DNA of 47,976 bases, from NCBI GenBank assembly GCA_040002615.1, contig JBDUEE010000019.1, positions 1 through 47,976 of the forward strand. The letters run 5' to 3'. Below are positions 11,117 through 19,834 of the stretch, piece by piece; the stretch's first letter is position 1; the number at the start of each line of letters is the position of its first letter. The translations under genes were made by a program, and so were the position numbers. The notes beneath the pieces are model-generated. The model saw only the letters and a program-made list of their open reading frames with translations. It did not search any database and was not told the origin of the DNA. This DNA is from Chloroflexota bacterium. GTDB taxonomy: Bacteria > Chloroflexota > Limnocylindria > QHBO01.

Positions 11117-12238
11117 TCAGCTCGGTGTGATGCGAATCACCTTGTCGTTCGAACCGTTTGAGGTCGTGATGAACAGCTTGTTGCCAGGTCCCAGCACGGC
11201 GGCCCGTAAGCGGCCCCACCGCCCGTTGTAGAGGACGCTGCGCTGGGTCGCCGGTTGGCCATCGGAGCTGACGGTGAAGCGTCGCAGATCCGATTCCTTC
11301 AGGGTGCAGACGAACAGGTCGTCGTTCCAACCCTCCCATTGAGCGCCGTCGACGAACACGCCGCCGGAGGTTGCCAGCGTCGGCCCCTCCGATGACCAGG
11401 CCGGAAGCGAGAACTGCGCGCTGCCGGGGCACGCCAGATTGGGGTGATTCCGGCCCGTGACGCATGGCCAGCCGTAGTTGCGGCCGGCCCGGATCCAGTT
11501 GATCTCGTCGTCCCTGTCCGGCCCGTGCTCCACGGCGTACACGCGCCCGTTCTCCGGGTGGAAGGCAATGCCCTGCGGGTTGCGATGGCCGATGCTGTAC
11601 ACCCTGGTCGGGCGGCTGTGCCCTGGCCAGATCGGGTTGGTGGCTGGAATCGAGCCGTCGCGGTTCACACGAAGGACCTTGCCATTGAGCCGGTTCGGGT
11701 TCTGGGCGCGCATCGGGTCATTGGCATCGCCCATGGTGATCCACAGCTTGTGTCCGGGCCCTTCTTCCACCGCGCACCCGTTGTGGATAGTATTGGCGCG
11801 CATGCCGAGGCGGACGATGTACTTGCTGAAATTGAGATGCCAGTCGGCCGTCACGCGATAGCGGATGACCTGGTTCAGCCATTGGGCCTGGTAGGTGCGC
11901 GAGACGCAGACGTAGATGAACCGGTTGTTGGCGAAGTCGTGGTCCACGGCCATGCCCATCACGCCAGCCTCGCCCTCGGCCCGCACGTGGCCGATGGTGC
12001 TGCTCGCCAGCAGGTTCGCGCCGACGCCGCCTCCCGCAAAGACCTTCACGCGGCCTGGCCGCTCGGTCACAAACATCTGCCCTCCCGGCGCGAAGTCGAC
12101 GTCCCACGGGATCACCAGCCCGCTCTGCACGACCCGGGCAGTGAGCGTCGGGGCGGCCGCCAGAGCAGACGCCGGGAACACGACCGACACCAACGTCAAC
12201 GAGGCGATCAGCACGACGAAGCGCGGTCGGCGCAGCAC
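11117..12238 (-). CDS. Secreted PQQ-dependent sugar dehydrogenase (soluble GDH/sorbosone DH beta-propeller)
   Basis: GGAGG before GTG 12238, signal peptide ending ASALA; PWD, VTERPG, EAGVMG, GKVLR, GHRNPQG, EHGP..DEIN, NYGWP, GRLR. Confidence 0.9.
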   Translation of the reverse strand: MLRRPRFVVLIASLTLVSVVFPASALAAAPTLTARVVQSGLVIPWDVDFAPGGQMFVTERPGRVKVFAGGGVGANLLASSTIGHVRAEGEAGVMGMAVDHDFANNRFIYVCVSRTYQAQWLNQVIRYRVTADWHLNFSKYIVRLGMRANTIHNGCAVEEGPGHKLWITMGDANDPMRAQNPNRLNGKVLRVNRDGSIPATNPIWPGHSRPTRVYSIGHRNPQGIAFHPENGRVYAVEHGPDRDDEINWIRAGRNYGWPCVTGRNHPNLACPGSAQFSLPAWSSEGPTLATSGGVFVDGAQWEGWNDDLFVCTLKESDLRRFTVSSDGQPATQRSVLYNGRWGRLRAAVLGPGNKLFITTSNGSNDKVIRITPS

Positions 12239-12377
12239 GGGTCCCTCCAGGCAGCATGCGGTGGTTCCGATGTCCCGACACTCTACGGCATGCCCGATGA
12301 GGGCTGCTGTCGGTTCCGGGGTGGGCGGCCGCTCCCCGGTGGCCCCAACTGATCGGATGACCGGCACAGTTGGCCGC

Positions 12378-12383
12378 TACCCT
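12378..12383 (+). promoter_or_regulatory. -10 hexamer TACCCT (leaderless mutY)
   Basis: 6 nt before GTG 12390. Confidence 0.5.
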
Positions 12384-12389
12384 CTCACG

Positions 12390-13310
12390 GTGAGCCCTGC
12401 GATGGTCCGGACCGATGATCCCGCGCAGGCGCCGCAGCGCATCCGGCGGCAGGTGCTGGCGTGGTTCGCGCGTGAGCAGCGCGAGCTCCCCTGGCGAAGC
12501 ACGCGCGACCCGTGGGCGGTGCTGGTCAGCGAGGTGATGCTGCAGCAGACCCAGGCGGCGCGGGTGTCCGACCGTTTTCCTCCGTTCCTGGATCGCTTTC
12601 CGACGCCGGAGGCCATGGCGACCGCCGCCGAAGCCGACGTGCTGGCGGCCTGGTCCGGGCTCGGCTACAACCGACGCGCGCTGGCGCTGCGCCGGACCGC
12701 CGTCCTCGCCAGCGCCGCCGGCTGGCCCAGCGACCCGGCAGGGCTCGAACGGCTGCCCGGCGTCGGACGCTATACCGCGCGGGCAGTGGCAGCGATCGCC
12801 TTCGGCCGCCCGGTCGGCGCAGTGGATACCAATGTTCGACGTTGGCTGGTGCGGCGCTTCGGTCTGGCCACCGACGCGCCGCCGGCAGAGCTGCAGGCCC
12901 TTGCCGACCGGCTCGCGGTCGGTCGGCAACCCGTGGCATCGGCCGAAGCCGCCGCCTGGATGCACGCCAGCATGGAGTTCGGTGCCCGGATCTGCTCGGC
13001 GCGGCACCCGGCGTGCAGCCAATGCCCGATCGGCAATGGGTGCCCGAGCCGGGGCGTTCCCCGGCACGTTCCAGTCTCGCGGCAGTCGCCGTTTGCCGGA
13101 TCGTCCCGCGCTCGTCGCGGCGCACTGCTGCGAGCCCTCTCCGCCGCGCCGGGCCACCAGCTGACGACGGCCGAGGCCAGGCGGCTGGCGGGAAGCGACG
13201 CCGCGACGGTCGAGGCACTGGAGCGTGACGGGCTGGCGCACCGCGCCGGTGCGTGGCTGAGGCTCGGCGGTGAGGCGACGGCACAGCCGCCGACTACAAT
13301 CGAGCGGTGA
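12390..13310 (+). CDS. mutY: A/G-specific adenine glycosylase, short form with [4Fe-4S] motif
   Basis: LPWR, VSEVMLQQT, WSGLGYNRRA, LPGVGRYTA (HhH), VDTNVRR, C-x6-C-x2-C-x5-C; alternative start ATG 12402. Confidence 0.9.
   Translation: MSPAMVRTDDPAQAPQRIRRQVLAWFAREQRELPWRSTRDPWAVLVSEVMLQQTQAARVSDRFPPFLDRFPTPEAMATAAEADVLAAWSGLGYNRRALALRRTAVLASAAGWPSDPAGLERLPGVGRYTARAVAAIAFGRPVGAVDTNVRRWLVRRFGLATDAPPAELQALADRLAVGRQPVASAEAAAWMHASMEFGARICSARHPACSQCPIGNGCPSRGVPRHVPVSRQSPFAGSSRARRGALLRALSAAPGHQLTTAEARRLAGSDAATVEALERDGLAHRAGAWLRLGGEATAQPPTTIER
13295..13300 (+). promoter_or_regulatory. -10 hexamer TACAAT inside the mutY 3' end
   Basis: 6 nt before GTG 13307. Confidence 0.6.
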
Positions 13311-13807
13311 CCCTCGCCAAGACCAGCGGGCCGCAGGTGGCCGTCGGCGACCAGATGCCGTCAGTCGGCCTGCGCGCCACTGACGGATTCCTGCTCAACC
13401 TGCGCACCTACGTCGGCAAGGGCCCGGCGATCGTCGTCTTCTTCGCCGGCCCGTCATTGCGTGGCGCTCGGCGCGAGCAGGGAGACGCCATGGCGCGAGC
13501 GCTGGCCGAAGCGTACCCGCGTTTGGAGCGTTCGGGGATCGGTCTCATCACAGTCACCACCGACTCGGAGCGACAGCAGGCCGACTACGTGGCCGAGCTG
13601 CAGCTACCCTACCTGCTGTATTGCGACGAGCGGCGCACGGCCGTTTCGTTGCTGGGCATCGCCACCCGCGCCGAGCGCGGCAACATCAACGCGGAGCCAA
13701 CCGCCTTCGCGGTCTCGGCTGAGGGCATAGTGCTCGATGTCGTGCCTCGGGCGGAGCCGCGTGGCCTGATCGCTCGCCTGCTCGAGGCGATCAACCCTCC
13801 GACCTGA
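13307..13807 (+). CDS. AhpC/TSA (BCP-like) redoxin-fold protein lacking the peroxidatic Cys
   Basis: VGDQMPSVGLRATDG, IVVFF, ITVTTDS, LPYLLYCDE, PTAFAVSAEG follow the BCP fold pattern. Confidence 0.7.
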   Translation: MTLAKTSGPQVAVGDQMPSVGLRATDGFLLNLRTYVGKGPAIVVFFAGPSLRGARREQGDAMARALAEAYPRLERSGIGLITVTTDSERQQADYVAELQLPYLLYCDERRTAVSLLGIATRAERGNINAEPTAFAVSAEGIVLDVVPRAEPRGLIARLLEAINPPT

Positions 13808-13817
13808 GCCGGCCACG

Positions 13818-14849
13818 ATGCTCGCCGTCCGTTCCCATGTTGCCGGCGAGCCACTGCGCATCGAACAGGTGCCCCTCCCGGAGCCAGTCGGTGCTGAGAT
13901 CCGTGTGCGCGTTGCCGGCTGCGGCGTCTGCCACACCGATCTGCATATCGCCCGCAGCGACCGGCTACGCGTCACCCGCCCGCTGACGCTCGGCCATGAG
14001 ATCGCGGGCTGGCTGGACGCCGCGGGTCCGAAGGCCGGGCCCGCCCTGCGGCGCGCCAGGATCGGGCATGACGACGCGGTAGTGGTCTTCGGCGGCTGGG
14101 GCTGCGGCGAGTGTCGTGAATGCTCCCTCGCCGAGGAGCAGCGCTGCGAGCGTGGCACCTCGCCCGGATTCCAGCGCGATGGCGGCTACGCCGAGCACGT
14201 GCTGGTGCCGAATGCCCGCTACCTGGTCCCGTTGCGCGGCCTCGACCCGGTGGAGGCCGCCCCGCTGGCCGATGCAGGGGTGACGCCCTATCGTGCCGTG
14301 CTGCGCGCCGCGCCGTGGCTGACCGCGGGAGCGCGAGTGCTGCTCATCGGCCTGGGTGGGCTTGGGCAGTTCGCCATCCAGTTCCTGCGCCGGCTGCCCG
14401 ACCTGACGATCGCGGTGCGGGAGCTGGATCCTGACAAGCTCACCGTCGCCGCCGAGCTGGGCGCCGACCTGGGGCTGCTGGCGGGCGACGAGTCGCTGGT
14501 CACCCTGGGCCTTGGGGGCCACGCCGACGTGGTCTTCGACTTCGTCGGGACCGATGAGACGCTGGCCTATGCGGCCCGCAACGTCGAGCCGGGCGGCCTG
14601 ATCTCGCTGGTGGGCGAGGCCGGCGGCCACCTGCCGTTCGGCTTTGACCTGCCTCCGGTGGAGAGCTACGTCACGACCACCGCCTGGGGATCACTGGACG
14701 ACCTGCGCGAGGTCGTCAGGCTGGCATCGCGCAGCCGACTGCGGTGGTCGGTAGAGCGCATGCCACTGCACAAGGCGCGCTCCGCGCATGACCGTCTGCT
14801 GGCCGGGCGGGTAAGAGGCCGGATCGTGCTGGTCCCGCCGCCGGCCTAG
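13818..14849 (+). CDS. Zinc-dependent alcohol dehydrogenase (MDR family)
   Basis: GVCHTD, GHE, CGECRECx7C, LADAGVTPY, GLGGLG. Confidence 0.93.
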   Translation: MLAVRSHVAGEPLRIEQVPLPEPVGAEIRVRVAGCGVCHTDLHIARSDRLRVTRPLTLGHEIAGWLDAAGPKAGPALRRARIGHDDAVVVFGGWGCGECRECSLAEEQRCERGTSPGFQRDGGYAEHVLVPNARYLVPLRGLDPVEAAPLADAGVTPYRAVLRAAPWLTAGARVLLIGLGGLGQFAIQFLRRLPDLTIAVRELDPDKLTVAAELGADLGLLAGDESLVTLGLGGHADVVFDFVGTDETLAYAARNVEPGGLISLVGEAGGHLPFGFDLPPVESYVTTTAWGSLDDLREVVRLASRSRLRWSVERMPLHKARSAHDRLLAGRVRGRIVLVPPPA

Positions 14850-15571
14850 TCGGCGCCGAACAGGCGGCCCAGCATCCCCTTTGGTTTCTCCGGCGTCCTG
14901 ACATACCACGGTCCCGCCACCGATTCATAGGCCTCGCGCACCGGTGCGGCGCTCAGATCCGTGATCGCCAGTTCGCGGCGGCCACCGAGGTGCTCAGTCG
15001 CCAAGGCATGCAGGCGATTCCGGACCTCGTCAAAAGATGCAAGGTCCGCTTCCGGCACGAGCTGAATGCCCAGTGTCCAGCCGGTGCCCGCTCGCAGCAG
15101 CCAGGCCCGATCGACCTGGATCAGCTCGATGAGCTCCCGCTGCAGCTCCCCGCCGAACGGCTGCGGGATCTCGGTCGGCGCCTCGAGCGGGGGCAGCTCG
15201 CCGTAGGGCCGCCGCGCCCGCATCGCCTCGGGCGTGGTGGGATCGATCCCGGCGGCCAGGAACGGGAGCACCGACGCCGGAACTTCGAGCTGCGACGGTG
15301 CGCCCGGGTCGATCACCACTCGCTCGGCCGCCGCCTCGGCCCGCACGAAGATGTCGCGAGCCGGCAGCTCAATTGCGTCGCTGCCCGGCGGGCCGAACTC
15401 GCGGTACGAATCCGGCGACGTGTACGCGGCCAGGAAGCGGCCGTCCTCATCCGTCCCGTGGCGCATCGCCTCCACCGGCACGCGAGTCGGATCCACGGCC
15501 TGGCCCGAAGATGAGCGGATCGGCACCACCAGTGTCATGTCCAGCAGCTCGCCGAGTCCCGGATCGGTCAT
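14846..15571 (-). CDS. SseB-family protein (N- and C-terminal domains)
   Basis: LVVP...DGRFLAAYTS...VVIDPG pattern, then VDRAWL in the C-terminal domain; ATG 15571 overlaps the gltX stop (ATGA). Confidence 0.65.
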   Translation of the reverse strand: MTDPGLGELLDMTLVVPIRSSSGQAVDPTRVPVEAMRHGTDEDGRFLAAYTSPDSYREFGPPGSDAIELPARDIFVRAEAAAERVVIDPGAPSQLEVPASVLPFLAAGIDPTTPEAMRARRPYGELPPLEAPTEIPQPFGGELQRELIELIQVDRAWLLRAGTGWTLGIQLVPEADLASFDEVRNRLHALATEHLGGRRELAITDLSAAPVREAYESVAGPWYVRTPEKPKGMLGRLFGAD

Positions 15572-17067
15572 GCCGTCGGCCCCGATACGCTTGCCTTGCC
15601 GAGCGCCGCGTCCAGCCGTGCCAGCACCCGGCCGCGGCCCAGCAGCTCCATCGAACCGAACAGTGGCGGCGATACGCTGCGCCCGGTGATGGCGATCCGC
15701 AGCGGTCGGAAGAATTCGCCCGCCTTCCAGCCCATCTGCTCGGCGGCCTGCCGGCATCGCGCCTCCAGCACGTCCGCCGCGAAGTCGGCCTCGGTCAGCT
15801 CCGCCAGCGCCTCGCGCGCAGCGGAGAGCGCTATTGCCGCGTCAGCAGCGGATCTGTCCTTCGGCACCAGCGCCTCGACCTCGTACAGCCCCGATACCTG
15901 GGCATCGGTCTCGGTCAGGAAGGCGGTCAGCTCCGTCGCATCGGCCAGTCGGACCAGGCGCTCCTTGATCAGCGGCACCACGCGCAGCACCGATTGGTCG
16001 TCCAGCGCGTCGGGCAGGAAGGGACGAAGGCGAAGGGCCAGCTGCTCATCGGTCAGGCTCCGAATGTACACCCCATTGAGATGGTCGAGCCGATCCTGGT
16101 CGAAGACCGCCCCCGCCCTGTGCACGTGCTCGAGCTCGAAACGCTGGCTCAGCTCGTCCATGCTGAAGATCTCCTCCTCGGTCCCCGGCGACCAGCCCAG
16201 GAAGGCCAGGAAGTTGACCATCGCCTCGGGCAGGTAGCCCTCCTGGCGATAGGCGCTGATGGCGGTCTGCGCCTTGCGCTTGCTCATCTTCGAGCGGTCC
16301 GGGTTGAGGATGAGCGGGATATGCCCGAAACGCGGCTCGCGGAAGCCCAGGGCCCGAATCAGGGCGATGTGCTTCGGCGTGTTCGACAGGTGGTCCTCGC
16401 CGCGGATGACGTGGCTGATCTGCATTGCCTCGTCGTCGACCACCACCGTGAAGTGGTAGAGGGGCACGCCGTCAGCCCGCACGATCACGAAATCTCCGGT
16501 GAGCGCATTGTCGAACTCGACCTCGCCGCGGATCAGGTCGTCGAAGCGGACCTTCTCGGGCGGTACCTTGAAGCGAATCGCCGGTCGCCGACCCTCGGCC
16601 TCGAACTGTGCCCGGTCCGCATCGGTCAGGCGCAGGCAGCGGCCGTTGTAGCGCGGCGGCTCGTGATCCTTCTCCTGCTGGCGGCGAACTGCCTCCAGCT
16701 CCTCCGGCGTGCACCAACACTGATAGGCGCTGCCCGATTCCAGCAGCCTGGCCGCCTCCGCCTCGTACCGATCCCAGCGCCGGCTCTGGCGATAGGGCCC
16801 GAACGGGCCGATGTCCTCGCCCCCGGCCACCTGCGGCCCCTCGTCCCAGGTGATGCCCAGCCAATGCAGATTGTCGATGATGTCCTGTTCGTGCTGCACC
16901 GTGCTGCGGGCAAGGTCGGTGTCCTCGATGCGCAGCACGTAGGTGCCGCCGACGTGGCGCGCGTAGAGATAGTTGTAGAGGCTGGTGCGCGCCGTGCCGA
17001 TATGCAGTGGCCCGGTGGGGCTGGGCGCCATGCGGACGCGGATGGGCAGCTTCTCGTCTTCAGTCAC
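15568..17067 (-). CDS. gltX: Glutamate--tRNA ligase
   Basis: RMAPSPTGPLHIG, LRIEDTD, PYRQS, HVIRGEDH, KMSKR, C-terminal anticodon domain (PLRIAITG..SPP). Confidence 0.97.
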   Translation of the reverse strand: MTEDEKLPIRVRMAPSPTGPLHIGTARTSLYNYLYARHVGGTYVLRIEDTDLARSTVQHEQDIIDNLHWLGITWDEGPQVAGGEDIGPFGPYRQSRRWDRYEAEAARLLESGSAYQCWCTPEELEAVRRQQEKDHEPPRYNGRCLRLTDADRAQFEAEGRRPAIRFKVPPEKVRFDDLIRGEVEFDNALTGDFVIVRADGVPLYHFTVVVDDEAMQISHVIRGEDHLSNTPKHIALIRALGFREPRFGHIPLILNPDRSKMSKRKAQTAISAYRQEGYLPEAMVNFLAFLGWSPGTEEEIFSMDELSQRFELEHVHRAGAVFDQDRLDHLNGVYIRSLTDEQLALRLRPFLPDALDDQSVLRVVPLIKERLVRLADATELTAFLTETDAQVSGLYEVEALVPKDRSAADAAIALSAAREALAELTEADFAADVLEARCRQAAEQMGWKAGEFFRPLRIAITGRSVSPPLFGSMELLGRGRVLARLDAALGKASVSGPTA

Positions 17068-17076
17068 GGGTGCTCG

Positions 17077-17082
17077 ATGGTA
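17077..17082 (-). promoter_or_regulatory. -10 hexamer TACCAT with TGn extension (gltX)
   Basis: 9 nt before GTG 17067. Confidence 0.55.
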
Positions 17083-17149
17083 GCAGGGGCCGTGATGACC
17101 GCTCGCGCGCTGAACCACCTGTCAAGGCGTCCGCACCCAGGACGCGGGG

Positions 17150-18241
17150 CTATCGCGCATCCTTCAGCGTGAACGCAGCTCGCACCTCGCCGGCCGGGTC
17201 GCCCCGGGGGTCGAGGATGGGTGGTGAGGCGAAGGCCGCCAGCCGCGCGTTGACCGTGGCCTCATTCAGTGCGCCCAGCTGCGCCAGCGCGGCGATCGTG
17301 GAAACGCTCCGCGCTCGTCGCGCGGCGTCGCCGTCCTCCATCTTGATCGCCAGGCCCAAGGCCCCCTTGCCACGCCCGTGTCCGCCGGCCAACAGGCCCA
17401 CTGCCTGCACCCCCTCTGCCCCGCCCTTTGCAACCAGCTTCCCTGGCGCCCCTCTCATCAACGCGGTGTCCAGTTGCCGCCGCTCGCCGCCCACCAGCTC
17501 GGGGTGCGCCATCATCGCGTCGCGGGTGCGCTCCAGCGCCGAGCGCAGCGAGGCATCGGCAACGCCGGATGGATCGGCCAGGCGTGCGAACGCCAGTGCC
17601 AGGCGGTCGAGAGGGAGGCCGAAGCTGACCACCCCGCAGCCATCGGTCGCACACACGACCTGGTCGCGAGGCATGTCGGCCAGCGTCGCCACTGTGTCCA
17701 GAGCCAGCTGCTGGACGGGGTGATCGGCCTGCCAGTAGCTCTCCACGGGCCAGCCGGCCGCCTTGGCATGCAGGGCCATGCCGGCATGCTTGCCGGAGCA
17801 GTTGTGGCGCAGCTCGGACGGCGGCTCGCCGTCCCGCAGCAGCCGCTCAGCGGTCTCGCGGTCGAAGGGTGGATGGGTGCCGCAGGCCAGCACGTCCCGC
17901 GTCAGCCCACCGGCGCGCAGCAGGGCCTGCACCGTCCGTGCGTGCCGGTCCTCGCCGGCGTGCGAGGCAGCCATGATGGCCAACGCCTCAACAGGTGAGG
18001 GGAAGTCGTACGTGTCAAAGCGACCGGATGCCACGAACGGAGCCAGCTGGAACGGCTTTGCCGATGAGCGGATGAAGGTGAAGGTGCGCGGATCGCCGAC
18101 GAACGCGACATTCTTGCCGGCAGCGGAAACGACCGCCACCGAGCCCCGATGACGGGACTCGACGCGGTCGCCGCGTGTGACTTCGACCAGGACGGGCGGC
18201 GCTCCTCGAGGGGAGGCCGCCGTCCGAGGACTACTGCCCGT
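17150..18241 (-). CDS. L-asparaginase II family (Rhizobium etli AnsA-type); start uncertain
   Basis: VEVTRG..VESRHRG, RSSAKPFQ, ASHAGE, HNCSGKH, DGCG, KGGAEG, KMEDG; no canonical start near the domain N-terminus. Confidence 0.85.
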   Translation of the reverse strand, partial: TGSSPRTAASPRGAPPVLVEVTRGDRVESRHRGSVAVVSAAGKNVAFVGDPRTFTFIRSSAKPFQLAPFVASGRFDTYDFPSPVEALAIMAASHAGEDRHARTVQALLRAGGLTRDVLACGTHPPFDRETAERLLRDGEPPSELRHNCSGKHAGMALHAKAAGWPVESYWQADHPVQQLALDTVATLADMPRDQVVCATDGCGVVSFGLPLDRLALAFARLADPSGVADASLRSALERTRDAMMAHPELVGGERRQLDTALMRGAPGKLVAKGGAEGVQAVGLLAGGHGRGKGALGLAIKMEDGDAARRARSVSTIAALAQLGALNEATVNARLAAFASPPILDPRGDPAGEVRAAFTLKDAR

Positions 18242-18863
18242 TGCCGGCGCCGGGCCCTGTCGCCGTGCGGTCGCCGCTCGGCGCGCCCTCGCGGTCCTGC
18301 TTGCTGAAGATGCTGCCCTGGCCTGCCGGCGCACCGGCGGCCACCGGCTGCGGCGCCTGCGACTTGCCCTGTCCCGAGGCGGGGGCAGGGGTGGCCGCGG
18401 GGCGCGCGCTCTCATGGGTCATGACCACGGAGCCCTCCCAATGGGCGCCCTCCTTGACCACCAGCACCTGCGTCTTGACGCTGCCCTTGACGCGACCCGT
18501 AGAGCCGACCTCAAAGCGTCCGCCGCAGTCGACGTCGCCCTCGTAGTCGCCGTTGATGATCACGTTGTGCGCGGTGATGGCGCTCCGGACGCGGGCCTGG
18601 GGGCTGATGATCAGCGTCCCCTGGCACTCGATCTCTCCCTGCGCCTCGCCCTCGATGCGAAGGTCGCGGTCGGAGACGTACTTGCCGTTGAAGCGGGCAT
18701 GGGGATCGATCACGCTCTCGTTGCCGGTCTCGCTCCGGCGGAACTCTGTCGGTGAAGGGGTCACGTCGACCTCACTGGTAAGACTGTCCGGGTAAAGGTT
18801 GCCGACGACATCCTCGCGCGACAAGGCGTCGGGTTTGTTGTCTCGCTTGGATCCGAAGACCAC
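18231..18863 (-). CDS. Bactofilin (polymer-forming cytoskeletal protein)
   Basis: SVID...FNG...DLRIEG..QGEI....LII...ARV..I.A..VIING...GDV.....EV.STGRVKGSV....LVVKEGA.WEG beta-helix pattern; AAGGAG before GTG 18863. Confidence 0.88.
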   Translation of the reverse strand: MVFGSKRDNKPDALSREDVVGNLYPDSLTSEVDVTPSPTEFRRSETGNESVIDPHARFNGKYVSDRDLRIEGEAQGEIECQGTLIISPQARVRSAITAHNVIINGDYEGDVDCGGRFEVGSTGRVKGSVKTQVLVVKEGAHWEGSVVMTHESARPAATPAPASGQGKSQAPQPVAAGAPAGQGSIFSKQDREGAPSGDRTATGPGAGNGQ

Positions 18864-18932
18864 GGCTTGCTCCTTCCTCTTCGGCGACGGCCTGGGCACG
18901 CCGGTCGTGCGGGGGCTCTGGCAGGGACCGAT

Positions 18933-18941
18933 AGCCTAACA
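18933..18941 (-). promoter_or_regulatory. Extended -10 TGtTAGGCT for the bactofilin transcript
   Basis: TGn-TANNNT about 70 nt upstream of an SD-led start. Confidence 0.45.
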
Positions 18942-19014
18942 GCACCACTCAGCCTGAGGTAGTCCCGCCTTCTGGCGGCACGCTCCAGAGGGGCGTGGCG
19001 CGAGCGAGCACGCG

Positions 19015-19020
19015 TAGAAT
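19015..19020 (+). promoter_or_regulatory. -10 hexamer TAGAAT (leaderless upp)
   Basis: 8 nt before ATG 19029. Confidence 0.65.
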
Positions 19021-19028
19021 CCGCGGCA

Positions 19029-19805
19029 ATGGACGTCGCCGAACGCTATCCCACCCTGCATGTCAGCGCTCATCCGCTCGTCGCGCACAAGCTCTCGATC
19101 CTGCGCGACGTGGGCACCGACACCAAGCTCTTCCGAGAGCTGGTGCGCGAGCTCACCTGGCTGCTCGGCTACGAGGCGATGGCCGACCTGGCCACGCGTC
19201 GGCGAGCGGTGCAGACCCCGCTCGAGCAGATGGAGGGCGCCGCGGTCGAGCCAAAGGTCGGCCTGGTCCCGGTGCTCCGCGCCGGGCTGGGCATGGTCGA
19301 CGCCATGCTCGAGCTGATTCCCAGCGCCCAGGTGTGGCATATCGGCCTGTACCGTGACGAGCGAACCCTCAAGCCGGTCGAGTACTACAACAAGCTGCCG
19401 GACGCGGCCACCGTGCAGGTCTGCCTGATCCTGGACCCGATGCTGGCCACCGGCGGCTCGGCCTCCGCGACGGTCGACATCCTCAAGGCGTGGGGGGCGG
19501 CGCACATCAAGCAGGTCAGCCTGATCGCCGCGCCGGAGGGCGTGGCCACGCTGTCGGCCGCGCATCCCGACGTCGACATCCACGTCGCCGCGGTGGATCG
19601 CGAGCTGATTGAGCGCGGATACATCGTGCCCGGCCTGGGCGACGCCGGCGACCGCCAGTTCGGCACGTTCGCCGGCCCGGCCTCGGAACCGGGCCACGCG
19701 GCCGGGGACGAGACCGCCGAGGTGGTACGACGGCTGCAGCGTGACGTCGCCAACGTTGGCGGAGCGCAGCGAAATGTCCCGAAGGAACCGCCACCGGACC
19801 TTTGA
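19029..19805 (+). CDS. upp: Uracil phosphoribosyltransferase with ~45-aa C-terminal extension
   Basis: HPLVAHKL, VPVLRAGLGM, LYRDE, LDPMLATGGS, YIVPGLGDAGDR. Confidence 0.95.
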   Translation: MDVAERYPTLHVSAHPLVAHKLSILRDVGTDTKLFRELVRELTWLLGYEAMADLATRRRAVQTPLEQMEGAAVEPKVGLVPVLRAGLGMVDAMLELIPSAQVWHIGLYRDERTLKPVEYYNKLPDAATVQVCLILDPMLATGGSASATVDILKAWGAAHIKQVSLIAAPEGVATLSAAHPDVDIHVAAVDRELIERGYIVPGLGDAGDRQFGTFAGPASEPGHAAGDETAEVVRRLQRDVANVGGAQRNVPKEPPPDL

Positions 19806-19834
19806 TGCAATCTCCGGTGCCGTTGGCCGCCCCT

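Noticed and set aside
12390-13310. MutY lacking the C-terminal MutT-like domain
   Set aside because: A short form with this type of C-terminus is familiar from high-GC bacteria; not novel
18979-18997. TCCAGAGGGGC resembling a PyrR-binding loop upstream of upp
   Set aside because: Only a partial match, no terminator/antiterminator, and it lies upstream of the predicted leaderless upp start site
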